From contig JBKJPW010000116.1 of the NCBI GenBank assembly GCA_046594225.1, positions 4,035 to 68,034 of the forward strand: a DNA stretch of 64,000 bases. Direction: 5' to 3'. Position 1 is the stretch's first letter. Each line of letters starts with the position of its first letter. The position numbers and the translations under genes are program-made. The DNA comes from Bacteroidia bacterium. GTDB taxonomy: Bacteria > Bacteroidota > Bacteroidia > B-17B0 > Aurantibacillaceae. Below, piece by piece: positions 56,985 to 64,000 of this stretch. The notes beneath the pieces were generated by a model. That model had not been told where the DNA came from. It saw only the letters and a program-made list of their open reading frames with translations, and did no database searches.

Positions 56985-59900
56985 ATGCGTAAACTACTTT
57001 TACTACTATCTACTGTCTTTATCATCAATAAAGGCTTAGTGGCTCAAACTACCTTTCCAAACAATGGAGCTCCAAATAATATACATACTTTGTACGCCTT
57101 TACTAATTGTACGCTTCACGTAGATGCAGATGTAACTATTATAAATGCCACCTTATTTGTGAAAGATGGTATCATTGTAAATGCAGGAGCTAATTTAGTG
57201 TCGAGCAAAGATGCGATTACAATAGACTTAAAAGGAAAACACATTTACCCTGCTTTTATTGATTTATATAGCGATTATGGCATGCCCGAAGTAAAAAGAA
57301 TGGAGAATGCTGATGCTCCAAAAAAAGGTGCTTTTGGTTGGAATCAGGCGATTAAAAGTGAAGTAGAAGCTCAGAAACTATTTATACATAACCAACAAAA
57401 AGCAGATGAATTAAGAAAATTAGGGTTTGGAGCGGTATTAACTTCTCCAAAAGATGGTATTGTGAGAGGAAGCGGTGCTTTAGTAAATTTAGTGACCGCC
57501 AAAGAAAACGAAAGTGTTATTAAAGATAGAGCGGCAGGTTTTTACTCTTTCAACAAAGGAACCTCTCCTCAAGATTATCCTTCTTCGGTAATGGGTGCTA
57601 TTGCCTTATTAAGACAAACGTATTATGATGCCTCATGGTATGCGGCTAATGCTTCAAAAACAGAATATAACATTAGTTTAGAAGCATTTAATAAATTACA
57701 AACTCTTCCCTCCATTTTTGAAGGCAACGACAAATACAATGATATGCGTGGAAAAAAAGTAGGTGATGAATTTAAAGTAAAATACATCATCAAGGGTGGC
57801 GGTAACGAATATCAAAGAATATACGATATACAAAATTCATTTTCTAACTTTATCATTCCTGTGAATTTTCCAGAAGCGATAGATGTAGAAGATCCTTATG
57901 ATGCAGAACAAGCGTCTTTAACGGATTTAAAGCACTGGGAAATGGCTCCAGCTAATTTAGCACAGTTAGAAAAAAATAATGTTGCTTTTTGTATTACTAC
58001 CGCTGATTTAAAAGATAAATCTACTTTCTTAAAAAATTTACGAAAAGCAGTAAAACATGGTTTATCCGAAAAAATGGCTTTGAAAGCACTCACATCTAAC
58101 CCTGCTAGTTTTATTGGCGTACAAAATAAAATTGGCAGTTTAAAGCAAGGGATGATCGCCAATTTTTTCATTAGCTCTGAATCCATTTTTGCAGACGATG
58201 CTATTGTATACGAAACATGGAGTAATGGTATAAAGCATCTATACAATGATTTATCTATTCCAAAAATTAACCGTACCTATCAGTTAACCTATGGTTCTAA
58301 TACAAACAGATTAACTATTAATAAAGAGCAAGAAAACTATTCGGGCTTAGTGCTATTAAAAGACAGCATGAAGGCTAAGGCAAATGTAACTTTCAAAAAC
58401 AATCTATTGACTTTGAGTTTTCCTTATGATTCTACATTTACATTACGTCTATCTGGAATTTATAATGAAATTACAAAATCATTTTCGGGTAAAGGGCAAT
58501 ATACAGATGGAACATGGGTAGATTTTAAATTGACAAATCTCAATGTAATTGATACAGCAAAAAGTTCAATCCCTAAAAAAGAAGCTATCGATTATGGAAA
58601 AGTATATTATCCATTTGGTGTATACGGTGAAGCCGAATCAGCAACTGGTTTAATAAAAGATACTTGGTCAAAATTTAAGAAAACCTATGATGGCATCTTA
58701 ATTAAAAATGCAACGGTATGGACCAATGAAAAAGATTCTATTTTAGCCAACCAAGATGTGTATGTGTTGAATGGGAAGATTTCTCAAATCGGTTCTAATT
58801 TAAGTGTAACAGGAAATGTGAAAATCATAGACGGAAAAGGAATGCATTTAACTCCAGGTATTGTGGATGAACATTCGCACATTGCTTTGTTTAGTGTAAA
58901 CGAAGGAGCAGATGCTAGTAGCGCAGAAGTAAGAATGAGTGATGTGATTAATCCTGAAGACATTAATGTGTATCGTCAGTTGTCTGGCGGGGTAACAACA
59001 GCACAATTATTACATGGTTCGGCAAATCCAATTGGCGGACAAAGCTGTTTAATTAAATTACGTTGGGGTAAAAACGCAGACGAATTTAAATTTGAAAATG
59101 CACCAGGCTTTATCAAATTTGCATTAGGAGAAAATGTGAAGCATTCAAATGGCAGTAATCCTGATCAAGTAAGATTTCCGCAAACACGTATGGGTGTTGA
59201 GCAGTTTTACTATGATTATTTTACAAGAGCAACTGCTTATAAAAAACAGATGGCTGATTTTGGTAAGCTAACTCCAAAACAAATGGAAACGAGCAAAACA
59301 ACTTCGCCACGAAGAGATTTAGATTTAGAAGCATTAGCAGAGATTTTAGACAACAAGCGTTTTATTACTTGCCATAGTTATGTGCAAAGCGAAGTAAATA
59401 TGTTGTTGCATGTGGCAGATAGCATGAAATTTAAAGTAAATACTTTTACCCATATTTTAGAAGGCTACAAATTAGCAGACAAATTAAAAGCACATGGCGC
59501 TAATGCCTCTACTTTTGCCGATTGGTGGGCTTATAAATTAGAAGTGATGGATGCTATACCATACAACGCCGCTATGCTAACAAAGGTTGGAGTAAATACT
59601 GCTATTAATTCGGATGATGCTGAAATGGGACGACGCTTAAATCAAGAAGCGGCAAAAACCATTAAATATGGTGGCTTAACAGAAGTGCAAGCTTTAAAAC
59701 TAGTGACGTTGAATCCTGCAAAGATGTTACATATTGATGACAAAGTAGGAAGTATTAAAGTAGGGAAATCTGCTGACTTAGTGTTATGGACAGATAACCC
59801 TTTGAGCATTTATGCTAAAGTAAATACAACCATTATTGATGGGCAAATTTATTTTGACAAAGACGAAGACCTAAAATTACGTGAGGACATTAAAAAAGAA

Positions 59901-60017
59901 CGCGCTCGTATTATCGCTAAGTTAATAGTAGAAAAAAACAAAGGCGCTAAGGTGATTAAACCTCAACCTAAAAAACAAAATCATTTTCACTGTGACAGTG
60001 AAGAAAGCGGGTTTTAA
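56985..60017 (+). CDS. Secreted amidohydrolase-superfamily protein with two amidohydrolase-like modules
   Basis: Signal peptide MRKLLLLLSTVFIINKGLVAQ. The N-terminal module has K.IYPAFIDLYSDYG, where the metal-binding HxH normally sits. The C-terminal module has LTPGIVDEHSHIAL (HxH), a TFTHILEG-type histidine, and NSDD near the end. Confidence 0.75.
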   Translation: MRKLLLLLSTVFIINKGLVAQTTFPNNGAPNNIHTLYAFTNCTLHVDADVTIINATLFVKDGIIVNAGANLVSSKDAITIDLKGKHIYPAFIDLYSDYGMPEVKRMENADAPKKGAFGWNQAIKSEVEAQKLFIHNQQKADELRKLGFGAVLTSPKDGIVRGSGALVNLVTAKENESVIKDRAAGFYSFNKGTSPQDYPSSVMGAIALLRQTYYDASWYAANASKTEYNISLEAFNKLQTLPSIFEGNDKYNDMRGKKVGDEFKVKYIIKGGGNEYQRIYDIQNSFSNFIIPVNFPEAIDVEDPYDAEQASLTDLKHWEMAPANLAQLEKNNVAFCITTADLKDKSTFLKNLRKAVKHGLSEKMALKALTSNPASFIGVQNKIGSLKQGMIANFFISSESIFADDAIVYETWSNGIKHLYNDLSIPKINRTYQLTYGSNTNRLTINKEQENYSGLVLLKDSMKAKANVTFKNNLLTLSFPYDSTFTLRLSGIYNEITKSFSGKGQYTDGTWVDFKLTNLNVIDTAKSSIPKKEAIDYGKVYYPFGVYGEAESATGLIKDTWSKFKKTYDGILIKNATVWTNEKDSILANQDVYVLNGKISQIGSNLSVTGNVKIIDGKGMHLTPGIVDEHSHIALFSVNEGADASSAEVRMSDVINPEDINVYRQLSGGVTTAQLLHGSANPIGGQSCLIKLRWGKNADEFKFENAPGFIKFALGENVKHSNGSNPDQVRFPQTRMGVEQFYYDYFTRATAYKKQMADFGKLTPKQMETSKTTSPRRDLDLEALAEILDNKRFITCHSYVQSEVNMLLHVADSMKFKVNTFTHILEGYKLADKLKAHGANASTFADWWAYKLEVMDAIPYNAAMLTKVGVNTAINSDDAEMGRRLNQEAAKTIKYGGLTEVQALKLVTLNPAKMLHIDDKVGSIKVGKSADLVLWTDNPLSIYAKVNTTIIDGQIYFDKDEDLKLREDIKKERARIIAKLIVEKNKGAKVIKPQPKKQNHFHCDSEESGF

Positions 60018-60022
60018 TTAGT

Positions 60023-60526
60023 ATGCACTCTACCGAACTTACGTTGATTCAAGCACAGGTTTTTAATGCTTGTGGTTTTACTTATACAAAACCTTTACAA
60101 GAAATAGAAAGCGCAGAGTATCATGCTTGTTATTTTACTCTGAATGGTTTAAGTATAAAATTTAGAACTGCTAAAATAACTCCAACAAAAACAGGTCAAT
60201 TTGTAACATTGTGGAAAAGGCTCTCCACTGGCATAATTGCACCTTTTGATGAAACAGATTTAATTGATCTTGTAATTATTTCTGTTAAAAAAGAACTTCA
60301 CTTTGGGCAATTTGTTTTTCCAAAATCAGTATTATGCGCCCAAGGTATATTAACCCTTAAAAATAAAGAAGGTAAACGGGGTTTTAGAGTTTATCCGCCG
60401 TGGGATAAAGTTGAAAATAAACAAGCCATCAAAACACAAAATTGGCAATTGAACTATTTCTTAGATTTATCAAATCCTTCAATTATTGACATTGAAAAAA
60501 CGAAAAAGTTATATAACGACAAATAG
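60023..60526 (+). CDS. MepB-family protein
   Basis: ESAEY.AC.F.LNG..IKFR.AKITPTK.GQFVTLWKR ... F.FPK..L...GI is the pattern I associate with MepB domain proteins. Confidence 0.6.
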   Translation: MHSTELTLIQAQVFNACGFTYTKPLQEIESAEYHACYFTLNGLSIKFRTAKITPTKTGQFVTLWKRLSTGIIAPFDETDLIDLVIISVKKELHFGQFVFPKSVLCAQGILTLKNKEGKRGFRVYPPWDKVENKQAIKTQNWQLNYFLDLSNPSIIDIEKTKKLYNDK

Positions 60527-60536
60527 TTTTTCTGTT

Positions 60537-60566
60537 AAATTTCTACAAGCAGGAAATTATTTTTTA
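60537..60566 (+). terminator. Possible weak rho-independent terminator
   Basis: AAATTTCT-acaagc-AGGAAATT forms an AT-rich stem followed by a T5 run, 11 nt after the stop at 60526. Confidence 0.3.
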
Positions 60567-60589
60567 AATAAAAAAGAATTGATTTAAAT

Positions 60590-61087
60590 TTAATAAAAAT
60601 TAAAGCTCACCACTAAATCTCTTTGCCCGGATTGCGAATGACAACTTACACATGGGCCACTGGCGTCTTTATTAACACTATGAATCACAGTGCCATCATT
60701 ATGTACTTCAGTCCATATCCATGAACCATCTCTTTTGTACATCATTGCGTATAAACCATTAGAAGGAATTTCTTTTACTATAAATGAGCCATCCGGAAAT
60801 TTTTGGCCTACTGGTAGCTTACCACCATCTGTTAAAACTGAATTTGCTTTTTTATTGAATTTTAGTTTGAATGCGCCATGTGGGCCATTTGTTCCCGAGT
60901 AAACCGCATTGGGATCGTTTTTATAATAAACAAATGCCGAAGTGTTTTTAGCACTATCTAGTAAGGCTTTATCGCTAAACGCTAATAAAGGATTTTTAGC
61001 AATATCTTTCGTACAGGAATAAGATACTACCGCAACCAGCGTCAGTATAAAGCTAGCAAGCAATAATGTATGTTTTGATTTACGCAT
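60590..61087 (-). CDS. Cytochrome P460-like heme lipoprotein
   Basis: Lipobox LLASFILTLVAVVSYSC. A beta-rich body with a single C-terminal CVSCHS (CxxCH) about 20 aa from the end, as in P460-family proteins. Confidence 0.55.
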   Translation of the reverse strand: MRKSKHTLLLASFILTLVAVVSYSCTKDIAKNPLLAFSDKALLDSAKNTSAFVYYKNDPNAVYSGTNGPHGAFKLKFNKKANSVLTDGGKLPVGQKFPDGSFIVKEIPSNGLYAMMYKRDGSWIWTEVHNDGTVIHSVNKDASGPCVSCHSQSGQRDLVVSFNFY

Positions 61088-61547
61088 TTTTTAAATATTT
61101 AATTAGCCAAGTTTTATCCAATGGTTGTTTCCAATTACTTGTTAAATCAGACGATTGTGTAATTGTATTATTAAATACGATTGTGTTTTCATTAATAGTT
61201 TTGTTGTTTAACAATTCGGCAATCTGAGATTGTTTTACAACTTCGATATTGTTTTCGGTATTTAAAAAGGCTACTAATAAACGATTTAATAATTCAACCG
61301 AAAACGTTTGTTCCAATTCTTTTACAAAGCGAACTTGTTTATCAATACTGCAACCACTAGCATTGTATTTATCTTCGTTCACCTTAAAAATTAATAACCG
61401 ATTTTGATGTAACTCAAAAGAAGCGTCTAAACTTACATCATGCGCTGTCCAACTACTTACAAAATTTTGACATTGATTTTTAAAATCAACTAATTGTTCG
61501 TTAGATAGTTCTTTGTTCAGTGTATAAATCCAAATACGTTCGTTCAT
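61080..61547 (-). CDS. Conserved hypothetical cytoplasmic protein (family often mislabelled 'ABC transporter ATPase' in Bacteroidota)
   Basis: MNERIWIYTLNKELS.EQ......C..FV.SWTAH...L..SFEL...R.L.F.V.ED....SGCSID. Its stop overlaps the P460-like gene start by 8 nt. Confidence 0.45.
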   Translation of the reverse strand: MNERIWIYTLNKELSNEQLVDFKNQCQNFVSSWTAHDVSLDASFELHQNRLLIFKVNEDKYNASGCSIDKQVRFVKELEQTFSVELLNRLLVAFLNTENNIEVVKQSQIAELLNNKTINENTIVFNNTITQSSDLTSNWKQPLDKTWLIKYLKNA

Positions 61548-61641
61548 GATATTAAAGGTAATTAGAATTTATGACTTTCAAAAATTAGATGCTGAATCCA
61601 CCAACTTGTGAACAGCATGATCAACTAATAAATTTCTGTTA

Positions 61642-63060
61642 TTAAATGAATTTACATTTACGGCTAGCAAAAGCACACATTCGTAATAAAATAATGCCGT
61701 GTTTAAAACGAGAAATGTTTGTTTCTCCGTAAGTTCGATCTCTATACTTAATTGGAATTTCAACAATTTTTAAATTCAATTTATGTGCGCCAAACAATAA
61801 ATCAAAATCTCCAAAAGGGTCAAACTCTCCAAAATATGTTCTGTTCTTAGTTAGTTTAATATAGTCATTCCTAAACATCACTTTCGTTCCACATAATGTA
61901 TCCTTAAAGCGTTGGTCGAGCAACCAAGTAAATACCCAACTAAAGAAATGATTGCCTAAATAATTTAAAAAACGCATAGCCTCTCCCTCCATTGGATATA
62001 CTAATCGAGTCCCATTAATAAAATCTCCTTTACTTCCAGCAATAGCATCATAAAATTTAGGAATATCTTCTGGTGGTACGGTTAAATCAGCATCCAAAAT
62101 CATTAAGATATCTCCGGTTGCAATTTTATATCCCTCGCGCACAGCATCTGCTTTTCCTTTTCCTTTTTGCTGACCAATTTTGATATCGTGAGTGTTTTTA
62201 TATTTTAATTGAATCTCTTGAATTTTTTGCCAAGTATCATCCGTACTATTTCCTTCAATAAAAATAATCTCTACATGTTTTCCAAACTTCGGTAAACGCG
62301 TAATGGCATTTTCAATATTACCACTTTCGTTACGAGCTGGTATAACAACGGTTGTTGAATATTTTGTTTTATAATCTTCAGGATTACTTAACGGCAAAGG
62401 TTTTGCAAACGAATACGTATTTAAACTAAAGAATCTAAAAAATGGAAACTTTGCTAAAAACAAATTATGTAATTCTGCAATTAATGGAATATAAAACGGA
62501 AAAATAAATCGTTTACTATTTCTATACACATCAAAACCCGATACAAATAACAAATTATTAACGTCTTTTGTATTTAACCAATTTTGAGTGGGCGTTTTTG
62601 TTTTTAAGCCAATTAGCTCAGCAAACTTTAACGCTGGCTCCCATAAAGAATTATAATACTGAACAATAATTTTTGAGTTTGGGTGACATACTTTTTGTAC
62701 TTGTTCAAACACAGCCTGTATATCATCCACAAAACCAATCAAATTACTGATAATAACAAAGTCATACTTTTCTGTTAAAGTAATTTTATTAGCATCCATT
62801 AATATGAACTCAATATTTTTGCCAGCATGCTTTTCTTTAGCCCAAGCAATTTGTCCTTCACTAAAATCAATGCCTGTTTTTTTACTGCCTGCAATGCCTG
62901 CTAATAAATCTCCGCTACCACAACCAACCTCAAGTACAGAACTATCTTCATGAGAAAAATAATTACAATAATTGGTGATTTCTTTCCAATAGTAATTAGA
63001 TAACCCTCGTCCTTTTCTTTTGGAGGCAATGATATTAAAATATTCTTTAATGTTTTGCAA
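61642..63060 (-). CDS. Bifunctional class I SAM-dependent methyltransferase / family 2 glycosyltransferase
   Basis: N-terminal VLEVGCGSGDLL (methyltransferase motif I). C-terminal VVIPARNESGNIE, ILDADLT (DxD) and a GT2-type fold. Confidence 0.8.
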   Translation of the reverse strand: MQNIKEYFNIIASKRKGRGLSNYYWKEITNYCNYFSHEDSSVLEVGCGSGDLLAGIAGSKKTGIDFSEGQIAWAKEKHAGKNIEFILMDANKITLTEKYDFVIISNLIGFVDDIQAVFEQVQKVCHPNSKIIVQYYNSLWEPALKFAELIGLKTKTPTQNWLNTKDVNNLLFVSGFDVYRNSKRFIFPFYIPLIAELHNLFLAKFPFFRFFSLNTYSFAKPLPLSNPEDYKTKYSTTVVIPARNESGNIENAITRLPKFGKHVEIIFIEGNSTDDTWQKIQEIQLKYKNTHDIKIGQQKGKGKADAVREGYKIATGDILMILDADLTVPPEDIPKFYDAIAGSKGDFINGTRLVYPMEGEAMRFLNYLGNHFFSWVFTWLLDQRFKDTLCGTKVMFRNDYIKLTKNRTYFGEFDPFGDFDLLFGAHKLNLKIVEIPIKYRDRTYGETNISRFKHGIILLRMCAFASRKCKFI

Positions 63061-63173
63061 AATGTATAATTTTAAAGTGTAAAGATATTATTTCTGTTCG
63101 AAAGTTTAGCATTTTCCTCCTTTGAAAGAGGTGTCCGCAGAACGGAGGATGTTTAACTAGCATCTCCCGCCTT

Positions 63174-64000
63174 TCAGGCACCCTCTTCAAATAGGGAAAG
63201 ATTCAATTTATCTGCCAAAAACTTCCCCATACTAAAACAAGCTTGCAATAAATAACCGCCTGTTGGCGCATCCCAATCCAACATTTCGCCAAGGCAATAA
63301 TGATTGGGCAGTTTTTTAAGTTCTAAATTCTTATTTATTTCCTCTAAAGAAATGCCTCCAACAGTTGAAATAGCTTCGTCTATTGGTGCAAATTCTGAAA
63401 TAGTTATTGAGTAAGATTTAATCAATTTACTTAACCAATCAGCATCATTATATTCTTCTTTTGTAGAACCTATTTTCAACAACTCGATTTGAGTTGAGGA
63501 TAAATTTATTTTTTTTTCAAGAATATCTTTGATAGATAATTTTCCTTTATTTGCTAACCGATTTTTAATTTCTTCTAATGATAAATCAGGTTTAAAATCA
63601 ACTTTTATTTCAGCAGGTTTTTCGTTTGCCAAATATTTTCTAATTTCTGGGCTTAAAGGATAAATCCCACTCCCTTCAATTCCAAATTGGGTAATAACAG
63701 CCTCTCCTTTTCTTTTTATAATCCCGCAACTAAATTCACAATTTTTTAAAGGTTGGGCTTGATATATTTTTATAAATGCTGGGTTCCAATTTACTTTATA
63801 AGCGCAATTAGAAGGGTAAAAATTTTTGGTTTCAATTCCTTTATCGTTAAAATAATTTGTCCAACTTCCATCGCTACCAGTTACTTTCCAACTAGCACCA
63901 CCTAAAGCAAAAACCGTTATATCTGTTTTAATGCTTATTGTTTGGTTGTTTGCTATTTTAAAAACTAGTTGCTCATTATTCCAACCTTTCCACTCATGAT
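63174..64000 (-). CDS. HI0933/BaiN-like FAD flavoprotein (TIGR03862-type), C-terminal part; N-terminus beyond the window end
   Basis: The track lists only 63174-63632. My translation shows the frame remains open to 64000 (HEWKGWNNEQLVFK...VFALGGASWKVTGSDGSWTNYF...FYPSNCAYKVNW...ITQFGIEGSGIYPLS...). The C-terminal GEMLDWDAPTGGYLLQACF is characteristic of this family. Confidence 0.7.
   Translation of the reverse strand, partial: HEWKGWNNEQLVFKIANNQTISIKTDITVFALGGASWKVTGSDGSWTNYFNDKGIETKNFYPSNCAYKVNWNPAFIKIYQAQPLKNCEFSCGIIKRKGEAVITQFGIEGSGIYPLSPEIRKYLANEKPAEIKVDFKPDLSLEEIKNRLANKGKLSIKDILEKKINLSSTQIELLKIGSTKEEYNDADWLSKLIKSYSITISEFAPIDEAISTVGGISLEEINKNLELKKLPNHYCLGEMLDWDAPTGGYLLQACFSMGKFLADKLNLSLFEEGA

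Noticed and set aside
61578-61766. Track ORF 61578-61766 (-, 62 aa)
   Set aside because: It overlaps the 3' end of the methyltransferase/GT2 gene in another frame. It is likely spurious.

Overview
This is low-GC chromosomal DNA, most likely from a Bacteroidota (Flavobacteriia/Sphingobacteriia-like) organism. The pointers are T9SS C-terminal sorting domains (IYPNPTS...), TAnnTTTG -7 promoter boxes, no Shine-Dalgarno sequences, and many TPR-headed signalling proteins. I found no transposase, integrase, phage gene, CRISPR array or recognisable defence or toxin-antitoxin module. Most of the window is housekeeping (alkB, pdxA, M17 aminopeptidase, xth, ribE, nadB, ftsX, trmD, hflX, tRNA-Cys, tRNA-His), interleaved with accessory blocks.

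(1) nt 1-9243 is a sensory neighbourhood. It includes a ~1110-codon edge-truncated minus-strand gene that is missing from the supplied ORF track. That gene encodes TPR repeats plus four GAF domains, and contains an exact 1134-nt in-frame tandem duplication. Two tandem TPR-TM-PP2C/SpoIIE phosphatase paralogs follow on the plus strand.

(2) nt 10298-17242 carries a propeller histidine kinase and a LytTR response regulator, followed by two T9SS cargo genes. The regulator is split by a frameshift in an A-rich tract. A 21-nt-spaced direct repeat lies in front of the first cargo gene.

(3) nt 18632-20636 holds three tandem paralogs of an uncharacterised secreted or membrane protein.

(4) nt 34151-37575 is a tightly packed five-gene operon of unknown function: DoxX-like, DUF2071-like, a TM-anchored methyltransferase, a small 4-TM protein and a geranylgeranyl-reductase-family flavoprotein. 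I rate this the best candidate for an undescribed system, perhaps membrane lipid or quinone tailoring.

(5) nt 41964-53254 is an N-glycan core catabolic operon with no SusC/SusD: an FHS-type MFS transporter, a small acidic protein, GH20, glycosylasparaginase, CutC, GH2 beta-mannosidase and GH92.

A second homopolymer frameshift splits a small outer-membrane beta-barrel gene (54528-55066). All function calls rest on motifs I read in the translations. No database search was run.
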